NCBI GenBank assembly: GCA_964187785.1
Contig: OZ076409.1
Location: forward strand, 65,722,001 to 65,786,000
Length of the DNA: 64,000 nucleotides
DNA from: Amphiscolops sp. MND2022
Lineage: Eukaryota
Reading direction: 5' to 3'
The notes under the pieces were generated by a model. The model was given only the letters and a program-made list of their open reading frames with translations, ran no database searches and had not been told where the DNA came from. Shown in pieces: positions 41,496-53,704 of the stretch (within the stretch, counting starts at the first letter, position 1; each line of letters begins with the position of its first letter). The translations under genes and the position numbers were made by a program.

Positions 41496-44428
41496 GGCCA
41501 CTAAATGTAATGTTTTAGTTGATAAAATCAAAGATAACAAAAAAAATTTTTTTTTTTTTGGCTTTTCTCTACTTCCTTCCCCCCCACAAAACAAATGGCA
41601 GGTGAAGGAAAGAGGAGGGTTTGCTTCTACTAAATAACTCAAAAGGCTGTTATCTAAACTGCACTGAACAGCTGACTGACTAGGCCGTTTAGCGCGCTCT
41701 GTCACTCGTTTTTCTCGAATTGGGGTAAAGGTTTGCTAAATGGGCTTGAACTGCTTCTTACTTTCGTGGAGTGCACTAAGTACACTACCGCTGGTTTGGT
41801 TAACTAAAGTTACCTCTACTTTCTTCTCACCTAGAAGGTTTGACTTTCTTCAAAAAAATTTTTTTTTTTTTTTTTTTGATGAGGCTGAAAACAATGGGTG
41901 GGCTGATTCCGGGACAATGGGTGGACAATGGACTGGGAATGATCTGGGCTTTGATTGGGAACAAGTGGGTTGAGTATCGAGTGATGACCTGGTTTATGGC
42001 TTTTTGGGTCGTGGGTGAAGGGGTTACAATGATGCGAGTGATCTTCCCTGTGCTCGTTCTAGTTTCTCTGCGCGTTGCGTAAACCTGGTTTGTGATTGTT
42101 TCGATATTCTCAGGCGTACTCTAGTACCCTCAGGGTATGCGAGGCGTAGGTTTAAGGTGGTTATGGCGAATAGATTCCACCTAGGCGAGCTTAGCGGCGG
42201 GGAAGAAACGAATTTCGAATTTTGGAGTTTACTTTCTTTTGATCTCGTGGAGGGCTTAGTGGAAGATCGTTGATTTTGGGGCTAACTTTACATGGATTTT
42301 ATAGGTTCGGTAAGGCGTGTGGGACTTGCTCAATGCGTTAAATAGATGACTCCAGCCTTGAATGGGGTGTGTCAGGATTGGGAATGCTCGGGTTTTCTAT
42401 TAATTTTTTCTCAAAATCTCGTTATTCTCATTAAGTAGTACCTCCGGGGAAGACGAAAATCACTTCTAGTGGTGCTAGCGACCTGAAAATTTCACACCGT
42501 CTAGTACACTAGCTGAATCGTGGGGAATGAGCTTCCGATTGCGTTAAAATTGATTCTGCGTGTGTCACGGCCACTTAACAATGTTCACTGAGAAATTGGC
42601 TATGTCGCGGATTTCGCAAAAATTGGTTAAACTCGCCTTCTAGGCGTCCTAGCTACCTGAAATTTTGTATGCGAGCGTGAATTACGCCCACGTAACAGAA
42701 AAATGAGTTAGCGGGGTGCCCAGGTCAATATTTCGCAATCCGAGTCGACAAAACTATGATGTACCCTGTATGTCACTTTCAGGGGCTAAAACTCACAAAA
42801 TTGTCAATTTCTCCAAGTTGGACAGTAGCAAGCTGCTCAAAATGTACAAATCGTCGGGATCTAGCGCCGTATATACGAAAATGCAAGAATTTTAGTGCTG
42901 GGATACCCGCAAGGTGTAGCACTATGCTCAACTAAAATTCAATTTTTTCGACATTTTCGGATCATTTTTGAGCAAAACTGCGGCTAAGATTTCTCAATCA
43001 CTAGTAATGGTAGCGCTATGAAAATTACACCACTAACGTAACTTTTTATGGTCTACACGATGGTGCAATCCGTTTTGGGCTACTCCTGCTAGGAGAGATT
43101 TCGACCTGTACTGGAAGCACTACTCTGGTGTTCCGAAAATGTCACAAAAATAACACGTTTTTGGCTATTTCTCGGTAACCACTGGTTGGAATCACTCGCG
43201 GTTTTCGGCGTTGGTAATCTAGTACTCTCTACTAACAGAAAGTAGGCGAGCGAAACCTGGCAGGTTCCAGCTAGGGTCTCTCAATATTGGTTTTAGGTCA
43301 CACCTTGGACACTCTGGGAACACCTATGAAAAACACGTATTTTCCCTAGGAACTTGTTATTCTTCGGTTCCCAGAGGTTAAAGGTGGTTTCAACGGTACA
43401 GTAGGAAGGTGTAACTGCTTTATTTAGGGGAGTGGGGTTCTTTCAATTATTATTTTTGATGTTATAGCTCTCAGGTCTATGGGGTCCTCTACTCAGGTCT
43501 ATTTTAATGAAAGAAAAGTGATGTTAAAACTTCAATTTATATTGGGGATGTTCAAAAACCGTCTTGGTAGTAGTATTGCGTACTACCAAGCACAACAACA
43601 AAAATTTTGGGCCTTTCAAGAGGCTTGGGAGCAAACACCCAAGGCTTCGCCCTCGTCAAAATTGGTCAAAATGGCCAATTTTGCCTATTTTTGAACAAAA
43701 ATTGCTGAAATTTTCAGGTTTTCTAGAAAAACAGCCCAACAAAATTATTTGTTCTCGACCTGGTAGGTCCGATAGAACGTTTTTCAGGTATTCCCTCAGG
43801 CCGTAGACAGTTCTATAAAATTTTGGCTTTCAAAACGGGAAATTTCGATATTTGAGCTGTTTTTACTGTCTTTTTTGGCGTTTTCGAGCTCAAGTCCTTA
43901 AAATAACTGATGTAAATACCCTGTGGGTATTATTCACAGTTAATTTATGCAAAAACAGGCCTGGGAATACTAATTTGGGGCTAGAAAACGTAAGGGGAAC
44001 GAAATAACCCAGCTATCTTCGGTGAATTGGCATCAAGTGGGGAGGAAGAGGCTATGACGTGAAGCACCTGCAGCCCTGCACTCAGCTAGTTCGGGTCTTC
44101 ACCAATCGTCCTCGCAGTCCCTGTACATTGCTAATTAGCTGAAAAGAAGCTGGAAAACCCGTTAAAACACGTTCCGGATAAGCCGGAATAGCTTTTTTAA
44201 TGAGTACAGATAAGGCACAAGGGGGTACACTGTTTCAAACTGTCTTTTTCAGGCTGGGAACCTCGGAAACATGCAGGAAACGCAGGAAAAACACTAATAC
44301 GAGGCCCAAAGGGCTAGAACAAAGCAATAAAAACAATCTAGGACTCTCCTAAAAGCTTCTCCTAGATCCGGACCTTTCAGGGCCGGAAAGCAGGAGTTGC
44401 TCCTCGCAGGACGCGGTTAGGAAAAATA

Positions 44429-44445
44429 TCCCTCTGTGGTCGCCA
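44429..44445 (-). promoter_or_regulatory. Primer binding site (tRNA-Arg type), 16 nt from the LTR
   Basis: Minus strand TGGCGACCACAGAGGGA. Its complement ..GTGGTCGCCA resembles tRNA-Arg 3' ends; the isotype is inferred. Confidence 0.75.
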
Positions 44446-44461
44446 TAAAAACTATTCCAGA

Positions 44462-45169
44462 TGTAACGTCCGGCTAGCGGCGCACATCTAGGAAGAGGGA
44501 TAATGCCTAGGATGCTTAAACAGGAGACCGTTGTCTTACTACATACCTAGACACTAGTTTTTCATCCCAAAATGGTCTCCATGGGGGACTTTTCTAACGT
44601 CTAAGGAGACTCCTCTAATTAGAGCTCCGAGGCAACGCGCCGGCACTCTCAAAGTCCGGACACGCCCCACAAGCCTGTAAAAACGTATCCTAAGGTTTTA
44701 GCGCGTTCCTGCCATCTCCTACATACTTCCGAGGTCCAAAAGGGTGTTTATCCGAAAATTGTCATTTCAACAGTCATGGGCATGAAATGCCGACCTAGAA
44801 GGTCAGGCATGGGAAAAATAGCAAAATACATTAACATAAATCAACAAAATCAAGGGGATAAGCCCCGAGTGGGAATGGAGTTACTGTTTGTGGGTTCTCG
44901 GGGATCCGATCATGTAGTTCTGGAGTGGCTCTGCTCTCCCAGGGAGGACACAGCACCGGGTAACGTTCTTTGAATTCTATCCCATGGATCTTCATGTCGT
45001 CAGTCGTCTACTTCTTTTTCTTCTTCTGTCTTTCTTCTTGTTCACTCGTTCTCTCTTTCTTTTTTATGGGCTTTAAGGACCTGCCAGGTCGGCCATTTTG
45101 ATTCGCACCTTTTTTGGTTCTTGAACGAATTTTTCAACGAAAATTTGGTATTGACTGGTGGACGTTACA
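44462..45169 (-). repeat. Gypsy 5' LTR (708 bp)
   Basis: Direct repeat of 26119-26826. Confidence 0.97.
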
Positions 45170-45416
45170 AAATTAGGCAATAGTTCCAAAAACGTTAGGT
45201 TATCTCATACAACAAATTTGCTACCAATAAAAATTTACAGAACTTGAAATTAATGGATCACTTCTATGCAATAACGTAACCAATTAGAATTATACATTAA
45301 GAACATCAGGAAGTTTTGAAACATAGTTGTTGGCAAAACTTATGGCAGTTTAACTGAAGATTCTGATAAAGTTTTAGGTTTATCAAATGTAAGGTTGAGG
45401 GTTACCTCAACTAAAA

Positions 45417-45586
45417 CTGTCAACTAAAACTTACAGTTGCTCCAATCTCAAACGACGTTCCTCGTGAAATACAATCGTCAAAACACACAATTGGTTACAT
45501 ATATGTAACCAATTATGTGTTTTGACGATTGTATTTCACGAGGAACGTCGTTTGAGATTGGAGCAACTGTAAGTTTTAGTTGACAG
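45417..45586. repeat. 170-bp spacerless palindrome
   Basis: 85-bp arms centred on TACATA|TATGTA (45501/45502), one mismatch seen. Confidence 0.95.
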
Positions 45587-46449
45587 ATACTTTGCGTTCT
45601 CCGTGTGTTAACATTCGACGGAATGTAGTTAATGGGTTCAAAATTGAACAGCGATAAATTTTTAATGCACTGTTGGGATATTTCGTGTTTTCTCTATGTT
45701 TTTCTACTTTCAATCTTATCAATATTAGTCTTGGCAGTACCGCCAGATACATTAAACCATGCCAAATAGTTCTTCCGAAGAACTTCTATCTGTAGGGTGC
45801 GAAATTGGAAATTGACAAAATTAGTTTGTAAATGTTCATTTTCCTTTCTTTCGTTTCTTTTGAATTTTTCTTCGACACAAATTAGCGAATTCGCTTCATT
45901 CACAGAAGGTTTGCGAAATATAAAATGCTATTACCAGAAAAAGATTTTTTGTTAATGGAAGTCTTTTTCTCGGCTTTTTGGACTGTCTGTTACGGTGATA
46001 GTTAGGCATTCATTAAGTTTAATGGCATCGCATTTTTACTTAATTGCCGTTTGTCAACAATGGAAGCTGTTGGTAAATATCGATGCTTACAAAAAGACAG
46101 CAAGAAACAATTAATGGTAAAATGGACAATTGGTTCCCGGGGGAATAAGCGGCAAAAGTCTTGACGGGAAGGTTTTTGTGACAGTTTGAGTAATTAACTG
46201 GTTTTTATATTCAAATTGTTCTTTTTTCGGCGTGAACATTTTCAAAATTTAAGTCACTGTTCAACAAATTTGTTTAAATTAAATTTACGATGGTGGCGAA
46301 TGAGGCTTATGAATTTCCAAGCAGGAAATTTTTGAAATTGAATGCGGTTCGTATAATTGTTTCTTCTTTTAGTTTTCTTTATATAGTTAGAAATAATATT
46401 CTATATAAGAAAAATTATGAGAATGAGAAGAAAAAAGAGAACATAAATA

Positions 46450-46458
<9 letters not shown>

Positions 46459-46488
<30 letters not shown>
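46459..46488. repeat. (GA)n microsatellite after an A run
   Basis: Directly visible. Confidence 0.95.
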
Positions 46489-46492
<4 letters not shown>

Positions 46493-48921
46493 ACTTTAAT
46501 TAAAAAGTCATCGGACCATGTTTCTTATTCCCCCCAAGCGGCTGCGGGGAAATAAGAAACAAGGTTCAAATACCATTATGTCGACATCGTTAGCGATGAA
46601 ATTTAGGTCGACTGATATAATTGATGTCGACATAATCCTCTTTATTACATTAACTCACAGTTAAAAGATTCTAATAATATTTTATGGCGGAGAAAATTTG
46701 CGTTCCAAACAGGCCTTCATATGCGATTTTGGCCTGTTCAAGTCGCGATAATATCAAAAATCATTGTAAGTTTTGCTGGAAGTGTCAAAACAGCTGTAGA
46801 GACAATCCTCTAAATATTTGTAACCATATAAAAATTCTTTTATCCGTTAAATATATATCTTTTTCAAGAATAAAATGCGCTTTCGGATTGGGGTTATCGA
46901 AAAAAAGTGTATCTGGGGGGAATAACAAACATGGTCCAAGTCATCGTTTAATTATGTTTAATAAACCCTCATTAATATCAAATTTCAACCCTTCGAGCAA
47001 TGAAAAGTTTTCCTAATGAAAGTAATTTTAACGGCAAAGATTTCCCTGCTCTACCATAATTCACTTTTGCTTCTCGAAATGCATAACGCATGTGACAAAT
47101 TGAAATTGGAAGTTTCGAAGCACGCAATGATGGAAAAACATATTATCTTGTCTGAAATATTTAACTACATTCCAAGATTTATAAACATAGACTACATTGC
47201 CTTTAGAAATTTCTAAAGTTTCCAATTTGGTTCAAGTTAACCACTGAGAGTATATTGAAGAACAAATTCGTTGCTCCAGGTAAACCTATAAACATCTCGT
47301 GTTTTCGTGTTTTTTTTTAAAATATATATCAAAATCACAATTCAGTTTCTTCTTCGTCAGCTCCAATGTTTGCTTTCACTAGTTATACAAATCGTGAAAA
47401 AATACTAAGCGTTACTTCGTTTCTTCATCGGTGTTGTCTGAAAGAATATTATAAATTTTATAATGTAATAGACTTTCTATGATTGATGTAGCTCGGAGCT
47501 TGGATGAACCATTTGGCCCAGGCGTAATAGCTACGCTATTTGGTTGAAAATGTTTAGTCCTAATTATTTAGTTGAATGTAAAATCAAACTTTAAAATCTG
47601 AAAGGTTCAATTGAACTACATAAAAAGAGGAAAATTTCAATAGAACTTTCAAGACTCGGTAACGAGAAGCTTTTCCATTGGCGAAAAGTGGACTATGACG
47701 CGCGAGGTTATACATATATGGGTGGCTTGGTAGCAAAAAACAGTCAGTTGACAAACGGCAGGCAATTGAGCGGGTTATAGCCGCTCGAGAGTATTTAGTG
47801 TGCATCTTTTTTTTTCACTTCCATTCAATTTTAATGACCAATTTAAGCTATTATATAATAGTTTCCCAAAAATTTCCTTCCTGAAATCAATAACAATCGA
47901 AATTCAACCTTCAATATCACGCTACAGCAAAACTATTCATCAAATATTCCATTCCCAGTTCAATAGCAGGGAGCAAAAAACCAATCACACGAAGCCAAAA
48001 ATGATTTCATAGTAAACGTGTTTAGACCCTTATTATCCGTTTTCTGAATTAGAAAACAGAAAACAAACACCTCAATTATATTGGAACAGGTGAACAGCCT
48101 GCGAACAGTGGTTTAATTTAACTTAACTGTCTGAGAGTTCACCATTTTCGATTCGAACACTTAACTTCGTTTAGCTTATTGCTTCAGCGGTGTTGCTTCT
48201 CAAAATTAGTTACACCACTGTGATTAAGAAATTATCCCACCGGCGATTTTAGATTGAATTTTATGGAAATTGGTTGAAAATTTTAACGAACATCAGAGAT
48301 GAAAGTTTCTTAGACTTTCATCTAATTGACATTAGTAATTTCAAAAATTCTGAAAAAAATCCGAAAGATATAAATAGCTGGGACTTTTTTGCCATTTTTC
48401 CCATTTTTGTTTGTTTTACCTGCAACTTTTATGGCAACATTAATACTCGATTAGTTCCCCAAATCTACGAAGGCCATGGATATATTTTGATTTCAAAAAT
48501 GATCAAACGCTTTCGAAAAATCAGGCCAGGAAGGTGAAGTTTCCTCGATTTACATGTATTAAAATGGGAAATTGGGTTTGCGCGTTGAAATCATTGCATT
48601 TAGAATGTTTACGTCACAAAAAATACCATTTTCTCTCGAGTGTGTTTACATCTTCATTTCCCATTTTGTGGACCAATACAACGGAATACTTCCATTCTGC
48701 TTACTGTTTTTTGAAAAAAAAATATATTGGAATCAATGGTTATTTCATTTTTTCCACTCTCTATAACAGTTGATAAGAAGTAGTCGCTACAATAGCAGAA
48801 TTTTAATATATCCAAACTATAATTTTGAAGAATTTGCGAGCAATCATTTTCATTTGAAGTGACCGCTTGTAAAAGCTATAGCATTACTATTACATATATG
48901 TAATAGTATAAGCGGGGAGCA

Positions 48922-49080
48922 GGAGTAACGTCTAAGGAATAACGTCTAATTGAAAAACGGGAATAACGTCTAAAGCCAAGTCATGCTCATTCGCTATATT
49001 AAAAAATTGAATTTTGAACGTTATTCTTTTAGACGTTATTCCCGAATCACACTAAGACGTTATTCCTTAGACGTTATTCG
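48922..49080. mobile_element. Small foldback/MITE with GAATAACGTCTAA subrepeats
   Basis: Three G(A)ATAACGTCTAA-type units on the left and inverted AGACGTTATTC units on the right. Confidence 0.7.
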
Positions 49081-51464
49081 CGCTATTAAGTATAAGCACC
49101 CAAAGTTCACAGTTGTTTATTTTGTCACGTCACTTCTGTTTTTCAATGAGACCACAAGAGAATAAATGTACAAATGAATAAAAAAAGTTTTCCTATTAGG
49201 CCATCCAGTATGTTAGGATCCCCGAGTCGGTACACCATCTGTATAGTCAGTAGAACATGCAACGTGGAGGTTCTGAAGGCACGACATGCATCCTAACAAG
49301 CGACAAAAATTGTATTACTAACATGGAAATTTTGAGCTAATTATTTTTTCTTCAGATAGATGAATGAAAATTATGAGGTGAAGAGAGCGATACACATGCA
49401 AATCGGCATATTGGGCATTAGAGCTAGGACGTTTATGTGAATACATATTTAGTATGTAAAAAACAATTCAAGCAAGTGAGGGACGTATATACATATGGGA
49501 TATCGTTGCAGAACATATTTTGCAGGATATTTTTTCTGATTATAAGCGAACAAGTTTAACGTGCGAAACTTTATATCAATCAAATCTGTTATATTTCAGA
49601 GAGCATAGATTGAATCAGATTCGGCTTCTATACCAGACTGACCATCATGGCTCATTTTTGGCTTTTCATCCATAATGATGACCAGATTTTGATGGCATTA
49701 CATTCATAGCATAGGAATCATGGCTAATCATCCATGATCATGACTCTTTTGAGAACCCATGATATGATTCATTCCTAAAGATTCATGACAGAAAGTGAAA
49801 CTTTGAAAAAAAGTTCGTTGAAGTCAAGATGTTGAGTAAGATTCATAACGTCACAATTTATAAAACAAAATTTGGTAAGATTCAACATTTCGTCTTTTTC
49901 AGACGTGGAACTACTAGCTACAGCTCACCAATTTTCTATTTTAGTGGTGTTTGAGCGTAAAGAGACAATTCCTCGCGAGCGTCAATTTGACCTATTTTGA
50001 AAATGCAACGATTCGTCCCAAACAGTGAAAGCTCCAACTCGTCCCCAATCGAATTGCCGATTTTTACAATTTGAGTCAAATTCCAACAAAAAACACAACT
50101 TAATAGGGCCCACTTTGGCAAACTGTATAATCTCTTTTCACATTCTTTTGTATTTCAACACTAGTACGCTTTGAACGTTTATTTTTTTCTTATGCAATGT
50201 CAATTTGTATTTGTTGTTGGTTACAACCATTTCATCCTATTCAATTTCAAACGGCTATAATTTCGAGCTATTTTAACTAGTTCGAGGTCGTTGCGGACTT
50301 TTCGACCGTCCTAAACCTAATTAAAAAAATCAATGCGTGGCAAAATAAAAGCACACCAACTGTGAAGACGCATAATATAAACGCATTCAAATTGTTTTTT
50401 TTTCATCAGTGAAAGCTGAGTGCATATTCGTCTCGTCCGAGTATCGCCAGGCTACCATTTCGAGATGTCCGGTGTGCAGCATAGGTGAACAGATCAACCT
50501 CCTTCACCTGATCTCATAAAAAAGCCTGAAGACATGTAGAAACTACCAGCCACATCCGAACATCATGAACAATCAAACTTCTCTATAAACTCATTTGTTT
50601 GTTTCAAATAATTGTTCTGAAGGTTGATATGTCCTTTGACGTTAATTGGTTGAAGATTTTTATAATATCAATCTGAAAAACGTTGATGTTTTGTTTGTTC
50701 TTACTTGGAGGTTAATTTTGTTATTGTTAGTCTTAAAAAGGAGAAACAGAATTGTTCGATTTTAAAAACTAGTCTAAAAGTAACAATTGGTTACTTGACT
50801 CGAATCAAACCCTCGTCAAATTACCCAATTTCACGACGTGAGGTTGTATTCTATGAATTTACAATTTCCTTGCTGTAATAAAACGATTATAACACAATTA
50901 TGCAGAAAATGCTTGAAAACGGCATGCTGATTAACTCAGAAAGCAGCTTCATGAATCTGTACGCATTTGTGCTTGCCATTTATACTGTCATTTGCGGTTT
51001 GTAGAAAATAGCATATGCGGAAAAACAGCAAATGCGATCTTATTGTCAAAACAGCATATGCGGTTTTGTTGATAAAACAGTATATTCAGTATTATGATTG
51101 AAACAGCATGGGCGGAAATTCAAATGAAACAGCATGATGTTCAGACAAAAAAACAGCATATTAAACACCAGCGAAGCAGCGCTAGTGAATTAAAATGAAT
51201 TATGCTGTTTCCGTAATGCAGTATATGCGGAGTTATGACAATAAATCCGATAATTTGCAGTTTATTCCGCTTTACTCTGGCGCTACCACGACGCTATGTT
51301 TAGACTTTATGGGGATGTGTTGTTAAGTTTTGTTTTTGATTTTTGAGCCTAGAAACAACGTTTTGATGATTTCAATAAAAGTGGTGGTCATGCTATTAAA
51401 AATACCGCCCGATAAGATCATTTCAGAAGAGACCTTTTAAACCATTTTCCCCCCCACAACCATT

Positions 51465-53704
51465 CAACAAAAACACTCATACAAGACAGTAACTCCTAAA
51501 TTGTCAGACGATGTCGCAGTTTGTATATTTTACAGTTTTTTCTGTAAGATATCTGCGAATTCATTTCACTCTATCTCTTTGAAATTCAAGTTTTCCGCGC
51601 CCAGCACGGTTTCCATCATGGGAAACAAAAGAATTAGACGCTCGAGAAGAGTAGAATCTCAGTCTCCAGGCAGAGACGAAAACCCTTCAGAAACAATCTT
51701 CACACGAGTTAATGCAACTTTGGTTGATGTTTCTGAAAATGTTAACATATTTTGCAGGAACTCAGGCACTGAACTAACAGAACCCTCACGAACTAGCAAC
51801 GAAATAGAAGTTATTTCTCGTAACTTGAAGTTGGTTGAGCAAACAACACTAAAAAATGTCACGGATTGAAGAACAACTAAACAGCAAATTTGAGGAAATA
51901 CCCAAAGAAATCAGGCAAATAGAAACAATAACCATCCAATTGAAGAGGAGGATACCGAGAACTTCATTCACATTGCAATCGAAAGAGTCTATTTCATGCG
52001 TGTGAGTGTCTTTCAATTTACCATGTTCTGCATTGTCTGTAAAATGGTGGGGCAGTCAATTGAATAATACTTCGTGTATTTCCCTTGAATGCAACTCGAA
52101 GTGACATTTTAGATTGTAACAGTAACTGTTAAATTTTGCGATGTTGTCCTTTCTATTTGAAATATTGGTTTGAATTAACTTGTTTTGAGTTTCAACGTTA
52201 TTGGACTTGCTGTTTCGAATGCTTTCATTTCAGTTGACTCCGCAACTTATACTACGAAAACATTCAAAGTATTTTTTAAATTTCATCAAATGAAAGATAA
52301 TTGTTAGTTGCTGGATCCTTGTAATAGTATTCCTATCTAAAACAAAGGTTTTCATAGTTAGCACTGTTAGCTCTTACTGTTTGAGAGTAATTAGGTGGAA
52401 GTGTTATGAATCGAAATTACAAAATGTTGAAAGTGTGAACAATGCCCAACAAAAAACACTCATACAAGACAGTCACTCCTATTTTGCCAAACAAAGTCGC
52501 AGTCTCTATGTTTTACTGTTTTTTCTATATGACACCTCCCAATTCATTTCACTCTATCTTTTTCATATTCAATGTTTTCCGCGCCCAACACCGTTTTCAT
52601 CATGGGAAACAAAAGAATTAGACGATCAAGAAGAGTAGAATCTCAGTCTTCAGAGAGAGACGAAAACGCCTCAGAAACAAGCTTCACACGAGGTAATGCG
52701 ACTATAGGTGATGTTTTCGAAAACGTTAACATTTTTGACAGGAACTTAGGCAGTGAACTAACAGAACCCTCACGAACTAGCAACGAATTGGAATCTCTTT
52801 TTCTCAAAATTTAGCTGAGCAAAAGGACACTAAAATGTCACGGATTGAAGAACATTTAACATCAAATTTAAGGAGATACCTAAAGAAATCAGAGCAAATA
52901 GAAACAAAAACCTTACAATTGATGAAGAGGATACCGAGAACATCAGGCCTGGTCCTTCTAACTCAGAAAACGAACTCTCAGGAGAAAACACGCATCGAAT
53001 ATTGAAATTGACAAAAACAAAAGTCAGGATAATCACTTCCACCTCCAAAAACGAACACACTAAGACTACCATCAACTCCACTGGGAGTTGTGAATGAGAC
53101 TTTAGACGAAACCATCATCATTAATGGAAAGAGACCGGAAGCCAATTATCGCACCGAGATTATGGAACTTTCACAGGCTATAGCTAAAGTTGGTGTTAAT
53201 GCCTCTGATTTTTGCCTAATTTGGTTGAGAACTTCTTTCACCTTGCGCTCAGGAGGGTCTTTTTCATGCGTGTGACTGTCTTTCAATTCACCATGTTCTG
53301 CTTTGTCTGCAAAACGGCGGGGCACTTAATTGAATAATACTTCGTGTATCTCCAATGAATGCAACTCGAGATGATTTTTTTTCGATAGTAACAGTAACTG
53401 TTATGTACTGCATTTATGCCCCCTCTATTTGATTTAATGGTTTGAATTAACAAGTTTTGATTTTCAACGTTATTGAACTTGCTGTGTTGAATGCTTACGT
53501 TTCAGTTGACTTCGCTTCTTATACTACGAAAACTTTCCAAGTAGTTTTTGAAATTTCATCGTGTGAAAGATTATTGTTAGTTGCTGGATTCTTGTGATAG
53601 TATTACTTACTACTATAATGGTTTCCATAGTTGGCACTGTTTGAGAGTAATTAAGTGGTAGTGGTATAGGCCGAACTTGCAAAAAATTGAAAGTATGAAC
53701 AATG
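51465..53704 (+). repeat. Diverged head-to-tail duplication (51465-52444 and 52446-53704) containing a decayed ORF start MGNKRIRRSRRVESQS
   Basis: Both units start CAACAAAAA(A)CACTCATACAAGACAGT and end GAAAGT(G/A)TGAACAATG. The first unit lacks about 290 bp present in the second. Confidence 0.85.

Larger units (their letters stand above)
26119..45169 (-). mobile_element. Giant full-length Ty3/Gypsy LTR retrotransposon (19051 bp) with extra ORF
   Basis: Two 708-bp LTRs, PBS, PPT, an intact gag-PR-RT-RH-IN ORF and a second long same-strand ORF. Confidence 0.97.

Noticed and set aside
27508..41637. Many plus-strand ORFs of 60-194 aa overlapping the Gypsy ORFs
   Set aside because: Antisense shadows of long coding frames; the same applies inside the other two elements.
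41496..41705. N-terminal 70 aa of the 3289-aa ORF-track protein
   Set aside because: Non-ATG start running through homopolymer tracts. The first ATG, in GCCATGG context, is at 41495.
51000..51186. AAACAGCAT motif cluster ending in GCGAAGCAGCGCTAG-T, a possible Helitron 3' end
   Set aside because: The hairpin is only about 4 bp and no 5' end is identifiable.
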